Source of the DNA: an uncultured delta proteobacterium
GTDB taxonomy: Bacteria > Desulfobacterota > Binatia > UBA9968
Length of the DNA: 64,000 nucleotides
NCBI GenBank assembly: GCA_963727625.1
Contig: CAVSHR010000005.1
Coordinates: forward strand, 32,001-96,000
Direction of reading: 5' to 3'
Position 1 is the first letter of the stretch, and each line of letters starts with the position of its first letter. The position numbers were made by a program, and so were the translations under genes. This document shows, piece after piece, positions 28,949-38,968 of this stretch. Under the pieces are notes generated by a model that worked only from the letters and a program-made list of their open reading frames with translations, was not told the origin of the DNA and did not search any database.

Positions 28949-30172
28949 ATGCCCGATTCTCCTGACCGAAGCATCCTTCTGCCGTTTCGCCACCGCGACT
29001 TTCGGGTTTTCTGGACTGGCTCTTTCTTATCGAGCATCGGCACCCAGTTCACCACCGTGGCGATGGCCTGGCAAATTTACGAGCTGACCAATTCGCCTCT
29101 GCAAATTGGTTTGCTCGGCTTGGCTCGGGCGACGCCGCAGATCTTGCTTCTGCTCGTCGGCGGCTTGCTCGCCGACGCCATGAACCGGCGCAAGCTGATG
29201 ATGTGCACGCAGAGCGGTCTGTGCTGCGTGTCGGCGGCGCTGACAGTTTTTACCCTGTCCGGAAAAGCATCGCCGCAGCTGCTCTACACGGCGACCGTGC
29301 TGCTGGCATTATTCACTTCTTTGGAGCAGCCGTCGCGCCAGTCGCTGATTCCCAACCTGGTCCCGCGCCGGCACCTGGCCCAAGCACTGGCGCTGCAAGG
29401 CACCCAGCGCTACGTCCCGGTGATCGCCGGTCCGTCGCTCGCCGGCGTGGTTCTCGCCCTCTATGGCCCGGCGGCCTGCTACCTGCTCGACGCTATTTCT
29501 TGGCTCGCCATGCTATCGGCGCTGCTGCTCTTGCGCGCGGAAATCCCGCAGGGCGGCGGCTGGCGCAGCGTTTCCGTCAAATCCCTGCGCGAAGGGCTCG
29601 GCTTTGTCTGGGGCCACGGGGTTATCTTGCCGCTGATGATTCTGGATTTCGGCGCGACCTTTTTCGGCAACGTTCGCGGCCTGTTTCCCATCTACGCGCG
29701 CGACATTTTGCTCGTCGGCCCCAAAGGTCTTGGAATTCTCTACGCGGCGCGCGCCGTCGGCTCGCTGTGCGCCGCGGCGGCGATCAGCTTCATCGGCCCG
29801 ATTCGGCGCGCCGGCCGCTGGGTGATGATCGGCGTCATCCTCTACGGGCTATCGACCATGCTGTTTGCCGGTTCAACCGTTTTTTGGTTTTCCGTCCTCA
29901 TGCTCGCATTCTGCGGCGCCGGCGATACCATCAGCTCAATCATCCGCTCGACGATCAATCAAATGAGCACGCCAGATGAGTTGCGTGGCCGGATGTCGTC
30001 GATTAATAGCATCTTCACCAGCAGCGGCCCCCAGCTGGGTCAGTTCGAAAGCGGCGTCGTCGCCGCCTGGCTGGGCGCCAAAATCTCGGCGCTGACAGGT
30101 GGAATCGCGACACTGGTGATCGTCGCCGCCGTCGCGACCGCATTTTCGAAGGTACGCCGCTTTCGCATCTAA
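28949..30172 (+). CDS. MFS transporter (EntS/H+ antiporter-3-like)
   Basis: FRHRDFR.FW.G, W.IYELT.SP..IGL, GG.LAD..NRR, TPDELRGRM. Confidence 0.9.
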   Translation: MPDSPDRSILLPFRHRDFRVFWTGSFLSSIGTQFTTVAMAWQIYELTNSPLQIGLLGLARATPQILLLLVGGLLADAMNRRKLMMCTQSGLCCVSAALTVFTLSGKASPQLLYTATVLLALFTSLEQPSRQSLIPNLVPRRHLAQALALQGTQRYVPVIAGPSLAGVVLALYGPAACYLLDAISWLAMLSALLLLRAEIPQGGGWRSVSVKSLREGLGFVWGHGVILPLMILDFGATFFGNVRGLFPIYARDILLVGPKGLGILYAARAVGSLCAAAAISFIGPIRRAGRWVMIGVILYGLSTMLFAGSTVFWFSVLMLAFCGAGDTISSIIRSTINQMSTPDELRGRMSSINSIFTSSGPQLGQFESGVVAAWLGAKISALTGGIATLVIVAAVATAFSKVRRFRI

Positions 30173-30269
30173 TGCGAGACGGGGTTCAGAAGAGGATCGG
30201 GAGACCTGCCCGTGGCTCGTGCTCGCGTTGAGGACGCGTTCGCTTGACACGAACACGAGGGCCGGTTGT

Positions 30270-33200
30270 TTAATTCTTTATTCGGATGCCGATCTTGGAG
30301 AGCCGATGCTTCCAGGCCTCGCGCCGCTCGATGTCTTTCCAAACCTGGATTTCCTGTTGCGCGAGCTGTGTTTTCTTTTCTTTGAGCTCGGTCATCAGGT
30401 TTTGAATCAAGTTGTCGCGCTTCTTGAGCAGCTCCTCCCGTTCGCTCAAGAGGAGGTCCAGTCCGCGCCCATCCCCGTTGGCTCCTGCCTCGGCGTCGGG
30501 TTGGACCACCGCCAGCGATTTTTCGGATCTGCTGTGCTCCTGCTCCAGTAGGTTTTCCAATTCCGCCTTCGCCACCGCGGCTTCCTCGAGCCGCTCGGTC
30601 ATCGCATTCATCTCTGCGCGCAACTCGCCCAGCGCTGCGCCGCTCGATTCCAGCAATTTTTGCTTTTCGGCGACCTGATGCTCCAGCGCATCCACTCTGG
30701 CACTGAGACGCTCCTCCAATTCACCGATCGAAGAATCCTTGGATTGCAGGAGCAGAGACTTTTCCCTGAGCTCTTCTTGCAAAAGCAGATCGGACCGTTC
30801 GCGCTCTGCGCTTACTTCGCTGAGCGTCTGGGTCAGCTCGCTGACCTTCGACATGAGCGCGTCAACCTCGCCGTCGCGCGTTTCCAGGAGCTCCTGTTTC
30901 TGGTTCAGCTGGCTCTCTAAGATTTGCACCTTGCCGGTTAAGCGCTCTTCCAGCGCGTGAATCGCACTGTCCTTGGACTGCAAGAGCTCGGTCGTACGGC
31001 GCAGCTCATCTTGGAGCGCTCGCGCCGCTTGATCCTTTGAGGTCTCTAAATCGAGCAACCGTCCGGCCTGGTTATTAATCTTGTCAAGCAGCGACTTGAG
31101 CTCGGCATCCCGAGCCTCCAGGAGGCCTTGTTTTTCGTGGAGCTCGTTTTCGAGAGCTTGAACCCTGCCGTCAAAGCGCTCCTCCAGCGCGTGAATCGCC
31201 GCTTCCTTTTCGCCGATCTGTTCGGTTTTTTGTCTCAGGTCTTCCTGAAGCGCGTGCGCCGCGTGTTCCTTGGAGGTGCCCAGCTCGAACAGTTGATCCT
31301 TGAACGCCTTGAGCTCCGACTCACGGCTATGAAGCCGCTCATCCTTATCGCGAAGCTGGCTCTCGAGATCCCAAATTTTTCCGGTGAGGTCCTCCTCGAG
31401 TTTTTTAGACCCGGCATCCTTGGCTTGTAGAAGCTCGGCCCGCTCTTTGACCGCTTCATCGAAGAGGCTTTCCGCCCGCTCTTTGGCCGCCGCCAGGTCA
31501 GCCATGCGCTGATGCAGCGAGGTCAGTTCGGATTTCACCGTCGTCAGCTCGCTCTCACGGCTGCCAACCAACTCCTGTTTCGCCGCCAGTTGTTCTTCGA
31601 GAGCGGAAATCTTAGCTTGAAAGCCCTTTTCGACCTCGCGGATCGCAGAGTCGCTTTCCTGAAGGACCTGCTTTTCTTTCTTGAGGGTTTGCTGGAGCAG
31701 ACTGGCTGCGTGCACCTTTGCCGAACCGACCTTGGCGAGTTGCTCGTCAAGAGAGGCGAGTTGGATTTTGAGCGACTTGATTTCCTGGTCGCGGCTCTTT
31801 CGCGACTCTGCTTCCTCGCCAAGCTGACTCTTTAATGACTGAACCTCTCGGCCATAGCGCTGCTCCATCTCGCGCCTGGCAGCCTCTTCGGACTCGCGCC
31901 GGTTTTGTTCTTTTTTAAGCTCTTCACGGAGCGACCGCTCCGACTGTTCTTTGGCCGCGCCGGTCTCGGTCAAGCGCTGCGCAACGGTATGAAGCTCCTG
32001 CTCAAGCGCTTGTATTTCCCCGTCGCGCCGCTTGAGGAAGGCTTCGCGTTCGGCAAACTGGCTGGTCAGCAGCTTGACCTGCACATCAAACCGCTCCGAT
32101 TGTTCCTGGAAGGCGATTTTTTCCGTGGCGAACAACCGTTGTTCCTGCCTGAGCGCCTGTTGCAGCGTCTCTTCAGCCCGTGCTTTGGCGTCGCCCATTT
32201 CGCTCAGGCGCTGCGTTAGGACCTTGACCTCCGACTTAAGGCTCTTTAACTCGTCATCGCGAACTTGAAGCAGCACATCCTTTTCCGATAGGCCATTTTG
32301 CAGCGCGTGCAAATTGGCCCCCAGCCGCTGTTCGGCCTCACGCAGCTGACGTTCCATTTCCTGCCGATCCTGCGCCGCCTTGGCCAACTCGTCCTGGAAA
32401 TTGTGTTCGGAGCGTTCCTTCGCCGATGCCAATTCGCTGAGCTGCTGGCGAATACCGCCCAAGTCCGTTTCGCGCTGACGCAGCACTTTTTCGCGCTCGC
32501 TGAGCTTGCCTTCCAGGTTGCGGATCTTTTCGCCCAGACGATGTTGCTCGGTCTTGATTGCCAGAGCGTTGGCCTCAATTACTTCCTTTTTCTGGCGCAG
32601 CTCCTCTTCGAGGAGTTCCTCCGTGCGCTTCTTGGCGCTTTCCAGCTGCTGCAACCGGCCTTTGAGCTCGGCAGCTTCGGAGCGAAAGCTTTCCAGTTCG
32701 TTCTCGCGCTCTTTGACGAGTCCATCCTTGTTGCGTAACTGGCTTTCCCATGCCCGCGATCTGGCGTTGAAACGCTGCTCAAGATCCTTCAGCGCCGCGT
32801 CCTTCGCCTGCAGGACATCGTTCTTTTTCCCAAGTTCCTCGCGCAGCAGTCGTTCCGCCGGCGTCTGGGAAGAGCCGCCGGCATCCGCCAAGGCGCTCTC
32901 CTTTAATACCATGAGCTCGGCGTCGCGGGCTTTTAGTTCACGCTCCTTATCGTTGAGATCTTCGAGCAGTGCTTCGATCTTATCAATGCTTGTTTCCAGC
33001 TCTTTCGTCGCCAAGGCCTTGGCCTGCTCTTGGGTCTTGCCTTTCCAGACATGCTCTTGGAGCAGGTTCTCGGCGGCGTGCTTCTCCGATCGCATTTCGG
33101 CCAATAATCTTCTGAGCGCTTGGATTTCGCCGTCACGGACCATCTTCAGGAAGATAATGGTCATGACCACGGCGAAGATCGCCAACACGCCGTAAAAAAT

Positions 33201-33389
33201 CGTGCCGGAGGGCAAGTTCTCGGACAGAAATTGTAGCGGCGAGGAAAGACCGTAACTCAAATTATTGGCGAACAACCAGCGAAAATAGTTGGCTTCGACC
33301 TCGTTGTCGCGGAATGAAAGAAAGATCAGCGCACCCAGCACAAGGGTCGCACCAATCAGCAGGACGATGACTTTTTCTCTTGTTCGCAT
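30270..33389 (-). CDS. Membrane-anchored long coiled-coil protein with ~10 internal 78-aa repeats
   Basis: Two N-terminal TM helices, then an E/L/K/Q-rich heptad sequence with recurring AKE.AE..L.EEL...RD.EL units. Confidence 0.85.
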   Translation of the reverse strand: MRTREKVIVLLIGATLVLGALIFLSFRDNEVEANYFRWLFANNLSYGLSSPLQFLSENLPSGTIFYGVLAIFAVVMTIIFLKMVRDGEIQALRRLLAEMRSEKHAAENLLQEHVWKGKTQEQAKALATKELETSIDKIEALLEDLNDKERELKARDAELMVLKESALADAGGSSQTPAERLLREELGKKNDVLQAKDAALKDLEQRFNARSRAWESQLRNKDGLVKERENELESFRSEAAELKGRLQQLESAKKRTEELLEEELRQKKEVIEANALAIKTEQHRLGEKIRNLEGKLSEREKVLRQRETDLGGIRQQLSELASAKERSEHNFQDELAKAAQDRQEMERQLREAEQRLGANLHALQNGLSEKDVLLQVRDDELKSLKSEVKVLTQRLSEMGDAKARAEETLQQALRQEQRLFATEKIAFQEQSERFDVQVKLLTSQFAEREAFLKRRDGEIQALEQELHTVAQRLTETGAAKEQSERSLREELKKEQNRRESEEAARREMEQRYGREVQSLKSQLGEEAESRKSRDQEIKSLKIQLASLDEQLAKVGSAKVHAASLLQQTLKKEKQVLQESDSAIREVEKGFQAKISALEEQLAAKQELVGSRESELTTVKSELTSLHQRMADLAAAKERAESLFDEAVKERAELLQAKDAGSKKLEEDLTGKIWDLESQLRDKDERLHSRESELKAFKDQLFELGTSKEHAAHALQEDLRQKTEQIGEKEAAIHALEERFDGRVQALENELHEKQGLLEARDAELKSLLDKINNQAGRLLDLETSKDQAARALQDELRRTTELLQSKDSAIHALEERLTGKVQILESQLNQKQELLETRDGEVDALMSKVSELTQTLSEVSAERERSDLLLQEELREKSLLLQSKDSSIGELEERLSARVDALEHQVAEKQKLLESSGAALGELRAEMNAMTERLEEAAVAKAELENLLEQEHSRSEKSLAVVQPDAEAGANGDGRGLDLLLSEREELLKKRDNLIQNLMTELKEKKTQLAQQEIQVWKDIERREAWKHRLSKIGIRIKN

Positions 33390-33726
33390 TCGGCGTTGTA
33401 CCTATCCGGATGACAGAGCAATGACCGTATTTTAAGCTGCTTGGCCCGATTTGCAAAACATTTTGGTGTAATTTCTTGGGGCTAGGGAACCGAGTTTTTC
33501 AAGAAAATGCCAGAAGCCACCATGATGTTCAAAGAACTTCCCCCTCACTTCACCCGCAGCGTCGCGGATTTCCCCGTCCGTATAGATTTTTACGGAAGAA
33601 TCGACGGTCTCTTGGGAGCGCCCACTGAAGGCTCCTGGCGGTCGCTAAACAACTGAAAGTTAAAGCGAAGCCAACTTGTGGCCGGCCCATGACTCGATTC
33701 GCCGGTAGATCGACAGGCATGGCAGG

Positions 33727-33981
33727 TTATTGCTTGGCTTTGAGATTCTGATCATTTTCCTCGATAAATTTTTTGATTTCGTCGGCCTGATCGAGCAGCC
33801 GCTTCCACTGCTCTTTGTAAAGAGTCACAGGAAATCTGCCCAGGCCGTAGACAGACAAGCCGCCCTTTTCGCTGACCTTCAATTTGAGCTCGCCGGGCTT
33901 CCGCTGCGAGATCTGATCTTTGAGCGCCTGATTTTCAGCTTCCAGTCGAGCTAATTTTTGCTCTGCTGTTTCTTCCGCCAT
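33727..33981 (-). CDS. Small conserved hypothetical protein
   Basis: GGAGG RBS; short coiled coil followed by KVSEKGGLSVYGLGRFPVTLYKEQW. Confidence 0.8.
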   Translation of the reverse strand: MAEETAEQKLARLEAENQALKDQISQRKPGELKLKVSEKGGLSVYGLGRFPVTLYKEQWKRLLDQADEIKKFIEENDQNLKAKQ

Positions 33982-34255
33982 GGTTCCTCCCGCGTTCACG
34001 GATCGTTCGTTTGCTAATCACAATGAAGAACTTCTTACGATCTGCGCAGAGAGTATTTCATTTCGCCGTGAAAAGACAATCGCCGCCAAGTCGCCTCGGC
34101 GATCTCGCCCTGCTTGGAGCGGAACCCGCCCGACTGCGAGCGCGTCAAACCGCGCGGAGCGCTTGATCCGGCGAGCGAAGTAAGATTATAAGAGGGCAGT
34201 TCATTTACACTGCCACGGGTATCCGACCGAGGCGTAAATTAGGAGGTCGAAGGAA

Positions 34256-35341
34256 ATGTCCATGAAGCTCAGTACCCGAATTATCGACGGCGACGGCCAT
34301 ATCATGGAGGACAACGCGGGAATCATCGCGCACATGGAAGGTGCTTACCGCGAGATCGCAGGGCGCAAGGGAATTTGTTTCCCGCCCTTGGATCATCTTC
34401 ATTCCGGGCGCGCCGTCGAGACGCCGCCGCAACGAGACCAACGTCCGCCGGTAGGACCCAAGGGTTGGCTCGAATTTCTTGACGACGTCGGCATCGAGTG
34501 GACCGTGATGTATCCAACTCTGGCGCTCTCCTACGGCAAGATCGTCAGCCGCGATTACGCGGTCGCGGTCTGCAAAGCCTACAACGACTGGCTGGCCGAG
34601 ACCTACCTAAAATTCAATCCACGCTTCAAAGGCATGGCCATCATTCCTATGCAGGACCCTGAAGAAGCAGCCAAGGAGCTGCGCCGTGCGGTCACCGAAC
34701 TCGGAATGCTCGGGGCGATGATGCCGTCCAACGGGCTCGCCCAGCCTTTGGGGGCAAAACAGTTCTGGCCGGTATACGAAGAAGCCAACAAGCTCGGTTG
34801 CTGTCTCGCCGTGCACGGCGGCGCCCACGATCGCTTCGGCATGGACCATATGAACATGTACGTGCCGGTGCACGCCCTCGGACATCCGTGGGGCTTGACC
34901 ATCAACTGCGCCGATATTGTCTACAACGGTATCTTTGAACGCTTCCCGCGCGCGCGCATCGCCTTCCTCGAGGGCGGCATCGCATGGCTGCTGCTGCTGC
35001 TCGAACGGCTACACGCATCGCACGAGACTCATTTCCAATACATCCCTGAAGGTGAGTTCGGTGTGCGCGAAGAACAGGACCCGGCCAAGCAGATCAAGAA
35101 GCTCATTAAAGACGGCCGCCTCTATCTCGGCATCGAAACCGAAGAATTGACGATGCCGTTCGCCATCAAGACCGTTGGCAACACGCCCTTTCTCTATTCG
35201 TCGGACTTCCCGCATGAAGTGACCAACGAAAGCTGCAAGCACGACATCGGCGAGCTCATGGAGAGCAACGAAATCACCGAAGACGACAAGGCCGCCTTGC
35301 TCTGGCGCAATGCGGAAACCTTTTACAAGCTCCCTCTCTAA
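34256..35341 (+). CDS. Amidohydrolase family protein (amidohydro_2)
   Basis: IIDGDGH, YNDWL, AVH, LE.G..W, SSDFPHE, NA..FY. Confidence 0.9.
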   Translation: MSMKLSTRIIDGDGHIMEDNAGIIAHMEGAYREIAGRKGICFPPLDHLHSGRAVETPPQRDQRPPVGPKGWLEFLDDVGIEWTVMYPTLALSYGKIVSRDYAVAVCKAYNDWLAETYLKFNPRFKGMAIIPMQDPEEAAKELRRAVTELGMLGAMMPSNGLAQPLGAKQFWPVYEEANKLGCCLAVHGGAHDRFGMDHMNMYVPVHALGHPWGLTINCADIVYNGIFERFPRARIAFLEGGIAWLLLLLERLHASHETHFQYIPEGEFGVREEQDPAKQIKKLIKDGRLYLGIETEELTMPFAIKTVGNTPFLYSSDFPHEVTNESCKHDIGELMESNEITEDDKAALLWRNAETFYKLPL

Positions 35342-35358
35342 TGTAGTTTGAAGATTAA

Positions 35359-35406
35359 CGGCTTGAACGATTTGAATTTTTTGAACGGTTTGAACCGTTC
35401 AAGCCG
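35359..35406. repeat. 9-nt periodic TTGAACNNN repeat forming a hairpin
   Basis: CGGCTTGAACG ATTTGAA TTTTTTGAACGGTTTGAAC CGTTCAAGCCG; related units at ~36952-36975 and ~40855-40871. Confidence 0.7.
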
Positions 35407-35462
35407 CTCAGCACTTTGTCTCGATCGCGAATAAATCGCTCACAAAAAGGTAAGGAGTCATC

Positions 35463-36548
35463 ATGGATACCTGTCGCGCCGCCGTCATCACCGAACACAA
35501 CAAACCGCTGACTATCCAGCAAGTGCCGATTCCCAAGCTCGATCCGGGTTCACTACTGGTAAAAATTGCCGCCTCGACACTCTGCGGCACCGACGTGCAC
35601 CGCTGGCATGGCCCGCTCGGCGACGGCGACACGTTGCCGATCATTACCGGCCACGAGCCCTGCGGCACCGTCGAAGACATCGCCGGCGAGCGCACCGATA
35701 TCTTGGGCAATCCGGTCAAGCGCGGCGATCGCATCGTGTGGAGCTATGTCGCCTGCGGCTCCTGCTATTACTGCGCCGTAGCGTTGCAGCCCTGCATCTG
35801 CCCGGGGCGCGCTTCGTGGGGACACAACCGCAGCGACCAGTATCCGTATTTGCTCGGCAGCTGCGCCGAGTACATGTACGTGCCTAAAGAATGTCTGATT
35901 ATCAAAGTCCCCGATGAAGTGACTTCGGCATCGGCAGCCGCGTCCGCCTGCGCCTATCGCACGGTGATGCACGGCTTCGACCGCTTGGGCGCGATCAAGA
36001 GCCAAGAGACAGTGGTCATTCAGGGCAGCGGCCCGCTCGGCAACTTCGCCACGGCCGTGGCGAAAGATCACGGCGCCAAGAAGGTGCTGGTCATCGGCGC
36101 GCCGGCCAATCGCTTGGAGGTGACCAAGCGCATGGGCGCAGACGAAGTATTAAATCTTGAAGAAGTCACGGATGAAAAAGACCGGCGCAAATGGGTGCGC
36201 GATCATACCGAAGGGCGTGGCGCCGACGTGGTCATTCAAGTCGCCAACAACATGGCGGTTCCCGAAGGCCTCACGTTGCTGCGCGGCGGCGGCCGCTATT
36301 TGAATATCGGCGCCGGCGGCAAGGCGAACATCGCCGTGGAGAAGATCCCTCAGGAAATGCTTTTTATCACCGTGCGCTCCGCCGAGCCGCGCCACTGGCT
36401 GCAAGCGATCGACTTTCTGGCCTCGCGAAAGAAAACTTTCCCCTTCGAAGACATGATCAGCAAGAGCTACAAGCTCGATCAGATCAACGAAGCGATGTCG
36501 GCGATGGCGAGCTACTCGGTTGTAAAAGCGGTCATCAATCTGAGCTAG
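35463..36548 (+). CDS. Zinc-binding alcohol dehydrogenase (MDR family)
   Basis: CGTDVH, GHE..G, CGSCYYC..C, G.GPLG. Confidence 0.92.
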   Translation: MDTCRAAVITEHNKPLTIQQVPIPKLDPGSLLVKIAASTLCGTDVHRWHGPLGDGDTLPIITGHEPCGTVEDIAGERTDILGNPVKRGDRIVWSYVACGSCYYCAVALQPCICPGRASWGHNRSDQYPYLLGSCAEYMYVPKECLIIKVPDEVTSASAAASACAYRTVMHGFDRLGAIKSQETVVIQGSGPLGNFATAVAKDHGAKKVLVIGAPANRLEVTKRMGADEVLNLEEVTDEKDRRKWVRDHTEGRGADVVIQVANNMAVPEGLTLLRGGGRYLNIGAGGKANIAVEKIPQEMLFITVRSAEPRHWLQAIDFLASRKKTFPFEDMISKSYKLDQINEAMSAMASYSVVKAVINLS

Positions 36549-36597
36549 GGTTGACGATTTTCAGTTACAGGGAGCGCGGCGCCAACGGAGGTTGTCC

Positions 36598-36954
36598 ATG
36601 AATTACCAACTCGAGCACATAGCTATTTACACAAAGGACATCGCTGCATCGATCAAATACTACGAAAAGTTCTTCGGCGGCCACGCCACGCCGATCAGAA
36701 AAGGTAGCGCGGGGTATGGTTTCTGTTTCGTAAGAATCGCCGGCTCCCCGTCCATACAATTAATGGAGTCAGCCGGCCAATCCGGCGTGCACCACTACGG
36801 CTACGTCACCGACGATATCGATCAGGTGGCCAAAGAGTTTAGAGAAAAAGGCGCCGAGATTCTGCGCAAGAACCGAGATGAGTCGGGAAGGCTCACCACC
36901 ATCTTCGTCAAAGATCCCAACGGCCTCGAGATGGAAATCAGAAGTCCGCGCTGA
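36598..36954 (+). CDS. VOC/glyoxalase family protein
   Basis: LEHIAI, HH.G...DD, FVKDPNG..MEI. Confidence 0.85.
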   Translation: MNYQLEHIAIYTKDIAASIKYYEKFFGGHATPIRKGSAGYGFCFVRIAGSPSIQLMESAGQSGVHHYGYVTDDIDQVAKEFREKGAEILRKNRDESGRLTTIFVKDPNGLEMEIRSPR

Positions 36955-36988
36955 ACGTTTTGAACGGCTTGAACCTAGCCGGGAAAAC

Positions 36989-38881
36989 TTAATCCAGCTG
37001 CGCCCACTCATTGAATTCTTCCAGACCCAGTTTCTTTAACGTGTCGACAAAAGGCCTGCCGGTTTTTTCGTGCCTACCTGACAAGCGGTAATACTCGTGG
37101 ACCATCTCCGGCAGCCACTTGGCGATGGTGAAACCCTTGTACTTGCCGTCCGGCACTGGATCGAGAAAACGTTGGCCCACCTGCTGCCAGTCGTGGTCGG
37201 CGATCCAGCCGCGCTGGGTCGCGAAGATGCTCTGCAAAATGGCGCTGCGATGGCCTGCAGCCAGCGCTTCATCCATGGTAAAATTCCATCCGGTGGTGGC
37301 GTTGAAGGCATCCACCACGCTATTTAAACCGTCCGGCTTCATGTGCATCTGCGCAAACCAGCAGCCCCCCATCAGGCCGACGAACTGGCGATACTGCTCG
37401 GCGATCACGTTGGACTGCGGCCAGCCTTTGGGATCGTCGCGGTCCAGCGGTCCCCATTTCTCCCGGTACTTGAGATCCGGCGGAGGATTGGCCGTGCCGC
37501 CGCCCTGCGGTTTCATGCCGCCACTGGCGACGATCTCGCGCAGCATGTTGCTGAAGTGCGGCCGCCAATCATGCATGGCGGGCACACCGCGCTTGGTGTG
37601 CACGACCCATTTGACCGCATCGCCGCCGATCGCTTCCGCGACTTCCAGCGGACCGTCGGCGATCAAGTTGCCCCACTTGCCTTCGCGCCGCGCGGTCATT
37701 TCCAATAGTTTATCGATCGCTTCGACGTTGCCCCATTCGAGACGCAAGCCGTCGCAATCCGCCGCGGTTACCAATCCCTTTTCGTAGGCCTCGAACAAAA
37801 CTCCGGCGCCAAATGCAAAATGGCCGCACTCGATGCCAAGATCGTTGATCCGTTCGGCGAGATAAAGCGTCGCGTTGCCTTTCACGCCGAGATTCCAGAA
37901 GGTATCGAGCCACTCGGCACCCGCGTTGAAATGGCCTACCCTGCCTTTGAATTCGCCCTCGCCGATTTCGACATCCCAGGGGCAAAGGCGCGCGCACTGA
38001 AAACAGGGCCGCTGGGTGACGCGATTTTGATCAAAGCCGCGGTTGTGGTCGGCGATCAACGTGCTCTGCATGTTGTTGTTGGGCAACGCTTCGAGATGAC
38101 GCGCATGGCCGACCGTATAGCGGTCCGCCACCGAATACTGTTGCAGCGTCTTGCGCCATCTGAGCCCGGCCTCGATCAACGCCGCCTTATCGTGCAACGG
38201 CGGCCGCTTGGTACCGTAGACGACGATCCCTTTGAGCTTTTTCGAGCCGAAGATTGCACCGCCGCTGTGCGACGCCGAGTGATTATAATCGTTGCACAGC
38301 ATCGCCGCGTGGACGAGATGCTCTCCCGCCGGCCCGATACCCATCACTTTCGCGTCTTTAATACCGACCTCGGCGCGCAAAAGATCCTCGGTGTCGCGCG
38401 CACCATTGCCCCAGAATTTTTCAGCGTCACGCAATTCCGGCTTGCCGTCGTTGATAAAGAGATAAGTCGGTTTGCTCGCGGCGCCTTCGAGGACAATGCC
38501 GTCGTAGCCCGCTTGCTTGAGAGAGGCCGCCCAGTAACCGCTCGCCGCGCCGCGCCCTAAAGAATAATGGGTCATCGGACTGAGAAAAACCGCGCAAACT
38601 TTCGTCCCGCCGGGCGTCAATCCGGTGCCCGTGAGCGGTCCGGTCATCATTACCATCTTACTTTGGGGATCGTACGGCTTCACATCGAGCGGCAGCTCAT
38701 GCATGAGCATGTACAGTGCCAGCGCTTGCCCGCCGATAAATTGCCGCAACACCGGCTCTTCGGGCAGATTCTCGTCTTTCATCGAACCGCGGGTCAGATC
38801 AACGCGCAGGATTTTGCCCATGTAGCCGCCGGGGAGCCGGGTGGCACGATGGCTCGGAAACAATTCAGAAGTTTTAATCAT
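36989..38881 (-). CDS. Aldehyde:ferredoxin oxidoreductase (tungsto-enzyme family, divergent)
   Basis: GYMGKILRVDLT, SP.T, LK.AGYD.IV.EG, IGPAGE, GSKKLK, CFQCARLC Fe-S motif, L.WG, EYY. Confidence 0.88.
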   Translation of the reverse strand: MIKTSELFPSHRATRLPGGYMGKILRVDLTRGSMKDENLPEEPVLRQFIGGQALALYMLMHELPLDVKPYDPQSKMVMMTGPLTGTGLTPGGTKVCAVFLSPMTHYSLGRGAASGYWAASLKQAGYDGIVLEGAASKPTYLFINDGKPELRDAEKFWGNGARDTEDLLRAEVGIKDAKVMGIGPAGEHLVHAAMLCNDYNHSASHSGGAIFGSKKLKGIVVYGTKRPPLHDKAALIEAGLRWRKTLQQYSVADRYTVGHARHLEALPNNNMQSTLIADHNRGFDQNRVTQRPCFQCARLCPWDVEIGEGEFKGRVGHFNAGAEWLDTFWNLGVKGNATLYLAERINDLGIECGHFAFGAGVLFEAYEKGLVTAADCDGLRLEWGNVEAIDKLLEMTARREGKWGNLIADGPLEVAEAIGGDAVKWVVHTKRGVPAMHDWRPHFSNMLREIVASGGMKPQGGGTANPPPDLKYREKWGPLDRDDPKGWPQSNVIAEQYRQFVGLMGGCWFAQMHMKPDGLNSVVDAFNATTGWNFTMDEALAAGHRSAILQSIFATQRGWIADHDWQQVGQRFLDPVPDGKYKGFTIAKWLPEMVHEYYRLSGRHEKTGRPFVDTLKKLGLEEFNEWAQLD

Positions 38882-38968
38882 TTTGTCTCACCAATCATTT
38901 GCACTTCGCGATCAAAGGATAAAGACAAACGGATAATGGATGATCGGCCATGACACGTCCCTCATCCT

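Noticed and set aside
30166-30172. Further CATCTAA copies (also ~57024-57030)
   Set aside because: They lie inside or at the end of CDSs and lack the AACC element 16 nt upstream.
30270-33389. SMC/SbcC-type ATPase or phage tape-measure protein
   Set aside because: No Walker A/B or hinge, N-terminal TM helices are present, and there are no phage genes nearby.
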